This document shows, piece by piece, positions 36,401 to 46,770 of a stretch of DNA of 62,249 nucleotides; the first letter of the stretch is position 1, and each line of letters begins with the position of its first letter. The stretch spans positions 1 to 62,249 of the forward strand of contig CALSCP010001653.1 of assembly GCA_943704425.1 (NCBI GenBank), given 5' to 3'. This DNA comes from Ministeria vibrans ATCC 50519. Its lineage: Eukaryota; Protista; Filasterea. A program made the translations under genes and the position numbers. The notes beneath the pieces were generated by a model. It was given only the letters and a program-made list of their open reading frames with translations. It had not been told where the DNA came from and ran no database searches.

Positions 36401-37314
36401 GTCCGATGCCCCCCGAGAGTATAAACTGCGTGCCAAACGCAACACCCACTGCATTGGCCTGTGGTGCAAAAGACAATTGTATGAGACAGTCGATTTGTCC
36501 CTCTCTCAATTATCTTTCTCGCTACAACTCTTTCTCTCGCCATCACTTTCGTCTCACTTTCAAATACGTTCTAATCTGAGTCTCAACTAAGTTCATGACA
36601 CAAAGTAGCCACGCACACTCTCTATCACTTTGTTTCTTTCTCCCTCCACTCTCACTATCACTTTGTTTCGTTCTCTCTCGTTCTTCTCTCGTTTCTTACC
36701 AGGCCCTGTGGACACTCATCAATATTAGTGCACACCAGCAACAGTTCCCAGCCACGGTCGGGCGTGAGTCGCCACAAGTCGGCAACGGCCGCTCCGTCAG
36801 GGTCAACGCCACCGTACAGATAGACGGCATTGCCTATGGAGACGGCCGCACTGTACGCCCTGCGACTGGGCGCCTGCTGCGTGTCCCACTGCACCCACTC
36901 GAGGGTGTCGCGGCCGCCGCCAGTCGCGCGCAGAAGGAAGGTTTCGTTGTACATGGTGAGCAGAGAGCTGACGAGCATGCCGCCGAAGACGACAAACACC
37001 TCGTCGCCATCCATGGTGAGCGTGCCTCCCACCAGCCCGATCCGCGGCGAGTAAAACCCCTTGGCCCTGACCTCAACCCACCGCTGCGAGACACTCTGCC
37101 ATATGTAGGTGTCGTTGAGGGCGCCCCCAAGGCCCTGCCCGCCCGAGACGATCAGCGCCGAGCCGTTGTACAGCGTGGACGACGCTGCCATGGACCGTGC
37201 AGACGGCAGGAGGTACTGCGTGTCCATCGTCGTCCATTCGTTTGCTACCGTCGTCGTCTGTGACCCCGCGACGGCAACAAAGAGCGTTGCGATGAGGCTC
37301 GCGACAACTGACAT
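33459..37314 (-). CDS. Single-pass receptor kinase: signal peptide, Kelch repeats, Cys-rich (GCC2/ephrin-receptor-like) repeats, EGF, TM, TKL-type kinase
   Basis: Three exons. Repeated hydrophobic-GG...D(L)W Kelch motifs; CPSGQY, CPPGTY, CSACP; CHDHGTC...CHCESGY; TM LIGLSSTALLLVLIASFVIIF-RRR; VAVK, HRDIKSLN, DFG, GSLLWRAPE. Confidence 0.85.
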
Positions 37315-37586
37315 TGTAGAAAAGATGAAAAATTGTGACAATTATATTTTTGATATTATTTTTTGATAATAAATAAATATTATATAATTTATTTTGATTA
37401 TATTCTTTGAAAATTCAATTATTGTGTAATAATTAATAAATATACACAAACTGGGCTTTATTATTCAGACAATCAAATTTGTAATGCTGAAGTTCTGTGA
37501 GTCTGTTGGCAATGGTACGTGACTATGGAGGTGGAAAGAGAGAGAGAGAGTGTAGTGTGTGTGTGTGTGAATAATGCACTGATGCT

Positions 37587-39884
37587 TTATTCAGAGTGAC
37601 AAGTGACAACTTGAGAGTTCTGCGAGGGACCAGTGAGAGGGAAGTGGAGGGCAGTATGCGTGGCATTGAGTGGCGTTGAGGAAGGGCACACGACACGTGT
37701 GCTTAGGACGACAGTTGCATTGCGAGTCGACTCGGTTGGTGTGACTGGGGAATTGAACGCGACTGTAAAGATGAGTTCTGTGTCAGTCTCGACGGAGATC
37801 ATGGCGGGCACAGACGCTTGAATGGTCCAGCAGGGTGTGGTACATTGCGTGGAAGAAGATTCGGAGTGGGGCCAGTGAACTGAGTGCATGAGACGACGGG
37901 ACGGGGACGACACACGACAGGCACAGTCGCTGTGCACCCCATTGCCTCCCCAGTGCACCTCGCGTTGTAGGGTGGCAGCCACAGAGGGCATTGTATCGGC
38001 ACTAGCAACACCACCCACGACAAAGTAGCGCACAGCAAAGGGCAGTGCTTCGCTGGCAGACACTCGTCCGTGGTCAATGGCCGACGTAAAAAGCAGCTTG
38101 TGCACGGTTGGGCTGGCGGGTCCCTGGGTGATTGCGGCCCATGAACCATTGGCAAGGCCATTGCCCACAAGCAAACGAGTGGGGCGCGCAAAGACGTAGC
38201 CGGTGTGGTCGTGGTGGAGGAAGGAAGAGACATTAAAGGGACGCAGAGTGTGTGTGGGGGTTGGGGGGACGGGAGAGCCATCGAGAAACACAGGCGAGTC
38301 GGACGACAGCAGTGACTGTTGGAGAGCGGTGGTGACGGGAAGGGTAGCACTGGCCGGGTCAGCGACAGCAGTGCCCGTGAGTGCAATGGCGATTGTTTCG
38401 TCAAAGGTGAACCAGACTTTGTGGAGACTGAGCGGGTGACGCGCCCAATCCATTGCAAAGGCGGCGTGGTGGGTGTCCGAAACGCCCCCTACAAACCACC
38501 TGTCGGTGGTGGAGCGAGTCTCGGCGCACGTGAGAGTGCGTGTGCGTTGGACTTCGGTGGTTCCAGGAACGAGGTTCCAGTTCCAGACAGGAAACGCATT
38601 TTCGTAGTTGTCTCCGTGGCGCGTGTAAATGGCCGTAACACCATCGGCAAGGTCACGTCCTTGCTTGCCCTCGTCATTGACACACTCACTGTTGAGTGTG
38701 CGGTTCGAGTAGCCCCGAATGGCGACAGTGAAGTTGCGTTGTGTGTACACCAAGTAGTCGGAGGTCGGGAAGAGCGTTGCACGTGGAAGGTACACTGCCT
38801 GTGTGTCGTCAAGCAAGAGACGCGCTGAAAAGGAAGCAGCGCACGACAGGGAGGAGCGCGCAAGAAGCGTGCCACAGGCAAAGATGACGGCGAGTGGGGT
38901 CGTGGCAGGCGGGCGGAAGGAGGGAAAAGCGCAAGCGTAGGGCGAAAGGGCCGCAAAGTAATGGTAATGACCTGCATTGATGGAGTGCGCCGAAGCATTG
39001 AAGTAGGTCATAAGGCGCCCGCTTGCCTCCCAGAAGAAATTTGCACCGCGCGTCACAGTCTGCTGTCCCTCACAGACAAAACGGTCGAATAGCTGTTGTT
39101 GTGCGGGCGACATTGCCAGCGTTGTGTTCAAAGAGAGATGAGAGAGAACCAATAAGTTTGTGGTCATCAGCGAGCCGTAGCCCCAGCCCGAATAGAGTTG
39201 GGGGCCGTGTTGATGGAAGGACATATCGCTTTGAATGCCGTCGTCTTGCGGATTGGACGCCATGACAACGGCCGTGTAAGCGTATGCAAATGACTCGTGC
39301 AGCATAGATTCGTTGTGAGTTAGCAGCGAACGAATCATGCGGGCCGTGGCAATCCAGACTGTGTTGCATCCAGTGAAGCCGTGCGGCACGGCACGCGCAA
39401 GAAGTGCGTCTCCTGCGCCGCTCAACGCTGAGTCGTTCACCAGAAGCAATAGCTTCCCTAACGCTCGCGGAACTCCAATCTGCATCCACCACCAGTTGCT
39501 GTTTTGAGGATCATGCTGGATCCACCAAGCAGTCGCCGCGCGAGCAACGGCGTACGCGGTTGCGTTGAGGCGCAGAGGCGACTGAGGGTCGCGGAAGGCA
39601 ATCGCGACCACTTGCGCCCGCTGGAGATGCACAGCAGCGTCCCACCACGAGCGGTCGTCGGGGTCATTGTAGTCTACGTCCTGCCACTGACCCGTGGACA
39701 TGCAGAACAGCTCGATAAAGGCTTTGGCGCCCGCAGCATTCGCGAGAGAAGTCGCAGCGTCGTCGGGCATCAACAAGGGCATGAAGCGGCCACGCACAAG
39801 CGGAACGAGCTCATCTCCGTCGAGTTCAGTTGCACACGCGGTCCATGCAAGCAAGGGGATGACGAGACTGATCAATATGCGCAT
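37587..39884 (-). CDS. Secreted polysaccharide lyase family 8 (chondroitin AC/hyaluronate lyase-like), intronless
   Basis: Signal peptide MRILISLVIPLLAWTACA; WQDVDY, NWWWMQIGVPR, TGCNTVW, DGIQSDMSFHQHGPQLYSGWGYG, SGR, SECVNDEG, WNWNLVPGTT, FVGGVSD, KVWFTFD, NGSW, IDHG. Confidence 0.9.
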   Translation of the reverse strand: MRILISLVIPLLAWTACATELDGDELVPLVRGRFMPLLMPDDAATSLANAAGAKAFIELFCMSTGQWQDVDYNDPDDRSWWDAAVHLQRAQVVAIAFRDPQSPLRLNATAYAVARAATAWWIQHDPQNSNWWWMQIGVPRALGKLLLLVNDSALSGAGDALLARAVPHGFTGCNTVWIATARMIRSLLTHNESMLHESFAYAYTAVVMASNPQDDGIQSDMSFHQHGPQLYSGWGYGSLMTTNLLVLSHLSLNTTLAMSPAQQQLFDRFVCEGQQTVTRGANFFWEASGRLMTYFNASAHSINAGHYHYFAALSPYACAFPSFRPPATTPLAVIFACGTLLARSSLSCAASFSARLLLDDTQAVYLPRATLFPTSDYLVYTQRNFTVAIRGYSNRTLNSECVNDEGKQGRDLADGVTAIYTRHGDNYENAFPVWNWNLVPGTTEVQRTRTLTCAETRSTTDRWFVGGVSDTHHAAFAMDWARHPLSLHKVWFTFDETIAIALTGTAVADPASATLPVTTALQQSLLSSDSPVFLDGSPVPPTPTHTLRPFNVSSFLHHDHTGYVFARPTRLLVGNGLANGSWAAITQGPASPTVHKLLFTSAIDHGRVSASEALPFAVRYFVVGGVASADTMPSVAATLQREVHWGGNGVHSDCACRVSSPSRRLMHSVHWPHSESSSTQCTTPCWTIQASVPAMISVETDTELIFTVAFNSPVTPTESTRNATVVLSTRVVCPSSTPLNATHTALHFPLTGPSQNSQVVTCHSE

Positions 39885-40332
39885 GAGAATGGTATAAAAT
39901 TGTTTTGTGAAATGTGAGTCGTCAAAAGTAAACAATATTTACTTTTCTGATTCTCTTTCTTTTCTTACAATAAGCTCACTCCATCAGAATTTTCTTTTGT
40001 ATACATACAGTACATTATCAATATAAGATGTAAAAATTCAAGCCTCGTAGAGTCGTGCGAGACCGATCAAAGTATGGGCAGTCTGAGATCAAGTCTACAA
40101 GAACACACCGCAACGATCTGTATGATTTTGGGGTTGGATTATGCAGTATACATGCCATTTACTCACCATAATCCCCATATAGTCAGGTGCGAATACTGCG
40201 GCTGTTATGTCAGTCGGATCGGTCTTGTCGGTGTGAGACTGTGAGGTTGCCACTGAATCAACTCATTTTGTCAAATACTCATTCCACCAATGACCAATCA
40301 CTCTTTCTCTGTCCTTTTTCACTCGCCCTGAT

Positions 40333-40705
40333 ATGGATTCCATCCAGTGCCCCAAGTGCTTTGCGAGGTACCGTCCGCGTCGTAGTCGTTGTCGTTGTTG
40401 TTGTCCTCTAAAGTGCGCTCTCTCTCCTTTCCTGTGTCCCCAGGCAACGGCCCGCGACGGCGGCAACCAACACCACCAGTGTGTATGCTGCGCAGTGCGT
40501 CCAGTGCGGCCACCGCCTGCGCTTCCGCGCCGTTCCTCTGTCCGCTGCACCGCCAAACTCTGCGCCGATGTCACCCGTCTCCTTTACCCTCAACGGCACC
40601 CCAGTCACGCTGCCCGCCGACACCGAGCCTCTCATGTCCTTGAATGAGTTCATCCGTGCCCAGCCGGGTCACACTGGCACTAAGGTAGGACCAGAATCCT
40701 CACTT

Positions 40706-40739
<34 letters not shown>

Positions 40740-43700
40740 NNNNNNNNNNCACAGACTCAACGCCGTCCGTGCATGTACCGCCGTTGACACATCATTGTTA
40801 TTGTTTCCTCTTCTCACTCTTCTCTTTCTCTCTTTGACACGCAGAAAAACTGCGGCGAAGGCGGCTGCGGAGCGTGTGTGGTCTCGGTGCGGGACCCAAC
40901 GACGTCAGCATGGATGTCGGTGAACTCGTGCCTGCGGCCTGTGCTTGCCGTCGACGGGTGCGACGTGGTGACGGTGGAGGGCATTGGCAACACACGCACC
41001 GGCATGCACCCCATCCAGAAGGAACTCTGCGACCACAACGGAACCCAATGTGGCTTTTGCACACCCGGCTTTGTCATGAACATGTACGCGCTGCTTGAGG
41101 AGACAGGACCCGACGGAACGCTGACTGCCGAAGAGATTGAGCTTGCTCAGGTAAACCCATCATCATCCGTGCCTTCTTTCCTTCCCTACCATTGCTAATA
41201 ATAATTATATATATAATATTGTATTTTTTTTTTCGTTGGTTACAGGACGGTCAAATTTGCCGCTGCACCGGCTTCCGACCCATTCTCGATGCGTTCGGCA
41301 CGTTTGCCACCAAAACGAACGACAGCGGCGCTCGTTTGTGCTCCAAGACGGGCGGTGTGTGCACGACGACGGACATTGAGGACCTGGGTCGTTGTGCGTC
41401 GCGCAAGGCTGCTCAGCGTGCCGAAGAGGCTGCGCGACAACTTGCTGCGGCAAAGCTGCAGAGCCAACGACTCCCTCCTGCACGCGCCGTGCGCGACGGT
41501 GTGTCATGGGTTGTCGCGAAGACACTCGAGCAGATTTACGATGCCTTCTCATCGCACGGCAGTGACGTGCGTCTCGTCTGCGGCAACACTTCCACCGGCA
41601 TCTACAAGAACCCGTCGGGCTCGGTCCTTGTTGATGTCCACCATGTGCCTGACCTGCTGGTGAACCTGTGGGACTCGTCGATCGGCCTGACCTTTGGTGC
41701 GGCAGTGCCTCTGGCGACGCTCATTCGCGAGCTGACGGCTCACGCGCCCTTTAGTGCGTCCTACGGAGCGCTGGTGGAGCATCTCAAGAAGGTGGCGAAC
41801 ACGCCTGTACGCAATGTGGCGTCGTGGGCAGGCAACCTCATGCTAACGCACCAGCACAACGACTTTCCCTCGGACGTGTACACCATTCTTCAGGGCGTGG
41901 GTGCGCAGGTGAAGGTGGGCAATGCCACGACGGGCATCACCGAGTACAGCCTTGATGCTTTCCTTGCCGTCGACATGTCGTCCAGTGTGCTTGTCTCCGT
42001 GCGCATTCCCGTGCTTGCCACCGGCGAATTGTTCCGCTCGTACAAGGTGATGGCGCGCCACGTCAACTCGCACGCTTACGTCAATGCGGCGATGCGCTGC
42101 GGTGTCGACGCGACCGCTGCACACACAGTCACGGGCACGCCCACCCTTGTCTTTGGTGGCATTGGTCCCAAGACGGTGTTGGCCACCAAGACGGCTCAGT
42201 ACCTGCGCGGCAAGTCGCTTGTGGACAACGCGGTGCTGCAGGGCGCCCTAGGCGTGCTCAAGGGCGAACTGCACCCCGACTCTCCGGTGGCCGCGTCGTC
42301 GCCCGCTTACCGTCTGTCACTTGCCACGTCACTTTTCTACAAGTTTGTTTTGGCGGCCGTGGGCGACGCGGCCGACCCGCGCTTCCGCTCGGCGGCTGTT
42401 GCGTATGAACGCGCCGTCTCGTCGGGCCGTCTCACGTACGACACGGATCCCGTCGAGTACCCCGTGAGCAAGGCCATGGCCAAGATGACGGCGCCCCAGC
42501 AGACGACGGGCGAGGCAGTGTACACGGGTGACGAGCCGGACATGCCCGGACAGCTCTTTGCCGCGCCGGTGCTCGCCACCAAAGCGCCGGCAACGCTCGG
42601 TGCGGTCACCCTCACGGCCGCCCAGAGCATGCCGGGATTCTTTGGCTACATTGATGCCAAGGACGTGCCCGGCAAGAACACACTCGACTTCCATGAGGAA
42701 CTGTTTGCCGAGACGGACATTCGCTATGTGGGTCAGTGCATTGGACTGGTACTGGCGGACTCGGAGCGTCACGCTCAGGATGCGGCGCGCGCCGTCACCG
42801 TTGCCTACACGAATGTTGGCACGCCCGTGCTCACACTCGCCGAGGCCATTGAGAAGAAGCAGTTCTTTGATGTGCCCTTGCCGCCGGTGACCATGGGCGA
42901 CGTGGACACAGCTCTTAAGACGGCGGCGCACGTTGTGACGGGCACCATTGCCGAGGGTTCGCAGTACCACTTCTTTATGGAGACGCACACGTGTGCCGTG
43001 GCGCCCACCGAGCTGGGCGGTTTGAAAGTTGTTGTGGCGTCGCAATTCAACGCGAATCTGCAGGGAATGCTCAGTGGTATCACGTCGATTCCGCAAGGAA
43101 ACATTGAGGTGGTGACCAAGCGTTGTGGCGGTGCGTATGGCGGTAAGATTACGCGCCCTGTACTGCTCGCAGGTGCATGTGCCGTAGCTGCCAACAAGTG
43201 GAATCGTCCAGTGCGCGCGGTGCTTAGCATCAACGACAACATGAAGATGGTGGGCAAGCGATCGCCGTTCCAGTGCGACTACACGCTCGGTCTGGATGCC
43301 AACAACAAGCTGGTTGCGGTCAAGCTTGACTACTATGCCAACTGCGGCGTGTCTCCCGGCGACACTGCCGGCAGTGTTATGATGGCCATGACAGCCTGCG
43401 ATAACGCCTACTACGCCCCCAACTGGAAGGTCACTGGCAAACTGTGCCAGACCAATACACCCGCGAACACGGCGACACGTGCGCCCGGCTGTACGCCCGC
43501 CATTTTCTTCATTGAAGCTGCCATGGACCATGCGGCGCAGGCACTCAGTGTCGACCCGCAGACACTGCGTCAGCTCAACTTGGTCAAGCAGGGCGACATG
43601 ACACCGTACAAGGTGCCTCTCGACTACTGCAGTGTGCCAGCGCTGTGGACACAACAGATGCAGGCAGCTGATTTTGCGGCTCGCCAGACCGCCGTTGAGT

Positions 43701-44206
43701 CGTTCAACAAGGCTAACCGTTGGCGCAAGCGAGGCATCACCGCTATGCCTCTCAAGTATGGTCTGGGCTGGGCCGGCTACAATACCAATGCGCTCGTGAA
43801 CGGTTCGAAGAAATTCTTATCGATTGAAGTATTTTTCTAACCCCCCTCCTTTTTTTTTTTACCCTTTTAGTGTACCCTGACGGAACGGTGGTTGTTGTGC
43901 ATGGTGGCATTGAAGTGGGCCAGGGTATCAACACCAAGGTGGCTCAGGTGACTGCGTTTGCGCTGGGCTGCGATCTGTCGCTGGTGAGTGTGCGTGCCAC
44001 GAGCACTGACATTGTGGCCAATGCACAGGCAACCGGTGGCTCCATCACCAGCGAACTGTGCTCCATGTGTGTGCAGGGCGCTTGTGATGTCATCACTGCA
44101 CGCTTCAAACCCATCAAGGACAAGATGACGGATCCCACCTGGCAAAAGGTAAGAAAACTTATTAGTGTATTGTTTTTGTTATAAAATAATACTAACAATA
44201 AAATTA

Positions 44207-44251
<45 letters not shown>

Positions 44252-44957
44252 TTATTGACTTTTTGATTTTTGTTTTTTCTTCTCTCTCATCTTGTTTTAC
44301 TAGGTCGTCGCCAAGGCAGCCGGTGAGGGCATGGACCTGTCTGCGCGTCACTACATTGACCCGACGTCCAAGTATGCATTTACGTACAGCTCGTACGGAG
44401 TGTGTGTGAGCGAGGCAGAGGTGGATGTGCTGACGGGCGAGGTGGAGGTGACGCGCGTAGACATTCTTTTTGACTGCGGTACGAGTTTGAACCCGCTCAT
44501 CGACAGTGGCCAGTGCTACGGTGCCTTCGTTATGGGTCTGGGTCACTACTTGACCGAGGACATTCGTTATGCGGCCGACGGGACGCTCATTACGGACGGC
44601 ACATGGGAGTACAAGCCACCGTCGGCACTCGACATCCCGATTGTGTTCAACCTCGACATGCTCAAGGACGCGCCCAATCCTGGTACGACGAAGAATGACA
44701 AGAAGAAAAAAGAAGTATAAAAAAGTTTTATTAATTATGCATTGGTGTTCTCTACAGATGGATTCCTGCGCTCCAAGGCGAGTGGTGAGCCACCGTTGTG
44801 CATGTCGTCGTCGGTGTTGTTTGCAGCCAAGATGGCGGTGATGGACGCACGACGTGAAGCTGGTCAGAGCGACTACTTTGCTCTGAATGGGCCCGCTACC
44901 GTCGACGTGATCCAGACCTCCTGCAATGTCGACGTTTCTCAATTCAAGATCAAATAA
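40333..44957 (+). CDS. Molybdo-flavoenzyme of the xanthine oxidase family, probably aldehyde oxidase; spliced
   Basis: GTK|KNCGEGGCGAC, QCGFCTPG, CRCTGFRP (two 2Fe-2S); VCGNT, VRNVASWAGN (FAD); QYHFFMET, GGAYGGKI, RAPG, GIEVGQG, TGGS, SKASGEPPL. A 10-N gap lies in an intron at 40740-40749. Confidence 0.92.
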
Positions 44958-45030
44958 ATTTAGTTTTTAGTTATTACGTCTTATTATTATTTTATTTTAT
45001 TACTAGTCTTTTTTTTCGACTTACATTTTG

Positions 45031-46680
45031 ATGTCGTCGCACTCGTCCGACTCGGAATACGAGTACGACAACATCGATGAGGACCACGATGCCAACGCCT
45101 TCCTCCACGTGCCTGCTGCACTTGACATTCCCCAAGCGGGCCCCGTCCTCGCCCTGACCGAGTCAGCAAGCGCAGAGCAGAGTGTGCGCGCGACAGTCAC
45201 AGTCGACGAAGACGGCAACGCCCTCAGCGCTCCAGCGCGGGCACGCGACGAGGCGCAAGACGCGCTCTTTCTTGCTTGGTTCGACGAACTCCTAGAGGAC
45301 GAGCCCGAGGCGTCCGACGATGGCGCGGCCGAGCAGCAGGCAATGGATGAATTATCCGTCCATTTGCGGAGACTGCTTCCCTCGACCACGACGAATATCG
45401 CGCTCCAGCTGAGCGGCGACGCTCACGTGACTCTGCACAATGTACCACAGTCACTTGTCGAGAGGTGTGCTCTCTTTGCGAGCGCCTTACACGGAGACTG
45501 GGCTGAGACGGCAACCCGTCGCATTGTGTTGCCGCGCGACCTTGGCTTCTGCGTCGGCTTTGTCGCCGCGCTCCTGTGGGCGCTCGATCGCGACAACGAC
45601 TGTTCGCTTGTGATTCGTCCCGAGATTGTCGTGCGGTCGCTCTACGCGTCACATTACCTGGGGCTCACGGCCATGTATGAGCGTGTGGTGGAGGCTCTTG
45701 ACGACAGTCTCTGCGTCGACAACTGTTGCTTTCTCCTTACGTGTGCGTCGGAGCTGCCGGCACAGCGCCTTCGAGCACGCGCGTATGCCCTTGTCGTAGC
45801 CAATGTGGCGACCCTGAGTGGTACGCCGGATTTTGAAGAGATACCCACCTCCGCTCGCGTCGAAATGTTGCTCTTCCAACGCATCAGCGAGAATACACCC
45901 AAGATTTTCGGCAACTCAACGACCTTCTCGCACTGTGACGATGACACTCTGTCAGTACACGAAGCACTTGCAATTCTACGTGAGGCTCATCGGGATCAGG
46001 CTGAGGACCTCCGAGAGGCCCGTGAGCGCGTCCATGGCGATCCCGTCGTGTCCCAGTGGGTACGCGAGCGCGAGCGCTTTCTCAATCGCCTTCGTCTTTT
46101 CATCGACGAGCACGAAGCGCTTCTCTTGAGCATCGCACAAGAAAAAGAGCAGGCGACAGAGGAGGCAAGTACGGATAATGGGAGGGAGACGGAGGGGCGG
46201 GAGAAGGAACCCGTCTCGTGGCTCACGCGACGGCGTCCACCGCCCACCTTTGAATTGCGTCGTCAGATCTCTGTCGAAGCCCAAAAGTGGCGCAGTGAGC
46301 ACACGGGGTTGGATGTCGTCGGTACTGTTGACACCACCACTGACTCAACTGGACCATCGTCAGTCTCCTCCGATGAGAACGCGCGTCGCATCCGCTCACT
46401 CATTGCCAATGAAGAGTACGCACGCGCAGCTGACACAGTCGCCCAGTGCGCGTCCACACTCACCTCCAGCGACTGCGACCGTCTCCTCAAGAGTTCTCTT
46501 TCCCAAGGCGGACCGCGCGCCTTGCCCACCGTAACAGCCCTTCTGCGTGTCCGAGCACAGCCGCACGTTGCCATGGAGGCGGCACGTGCCTGTGACCGCG
46601 CAGACGGTGCTGCGTCCACCTCTCCCTGCGTTGCCATGGTCGCACGTGCCCTCCTGCTGCTCAACAAGCAACCGCAGTAG
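45031..46680 (+). CDS. BTB/POZ-BACK-like domain protein
   Basis: LVERCALFASALHGDWAET...IVLP, ASHYLGL, LCVDNCCFLL, LRARAYALVVAN follow the BTB-BACK pattern; single long ORF. Confidence 0.7.
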   Translation: MSSHSSDSEYEYDNIDEDHDANAFLHVPAALDIPQAGPVLALTESASAEQSVRATVTVDEDGNALSAPARARDEAQDALFLAWFDELLEDEPEASDDGAAEQQAMDELSVHLRRLLPSTTTNIALQLSGDAHVTLHNVPQSLVERCALFASALHGDWAETATRRIVLPRDLGFCVGFVAALLWALDRDNDCSLVIRPEIVVRSLYASHYLGLTAMYERVVEALDDSLCVDNCCFLLTCASELPAQRLRARAYALVVANVATLSGTPDFEEIPTSARVEMLLFQRISENTPKIFGNSTTFSHCDDDTLSVHEALAILREAHRDQAEDLREARERVHGDPVVSQWVRERERFLNRLRLFIDEHEALLLSIAQEKEQATEEASTDNGRETEGREKEPVSWLTRRRPPPTFELRRQISVEAQKWRSEHTGLDVVGTVDTTTDSTGPSSVSSDENARRIRSLIANEEYARAADTVAQCASTLTSSDCDRLLKSSLSQGGPRALPTVTALLRVRAQPHVAMEAARACDRADGAASTSPCVAMVARALLLLNKQPQ

Positions 46681-46691
46681 TAGAATTCAGA

Positions 46692-46729
<38 letters not shown>

Positions 46730-46770
46730 GTCACTGACACAAATAAATATTATGTTCATTATTTTATTTG

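Noticed and set aside
40740-40749. Apparent break in the aldehyde oxidase
   Set aside because: The N gap lies in an intron; the flanking exons join in frame (GTK|KNCGEGG).
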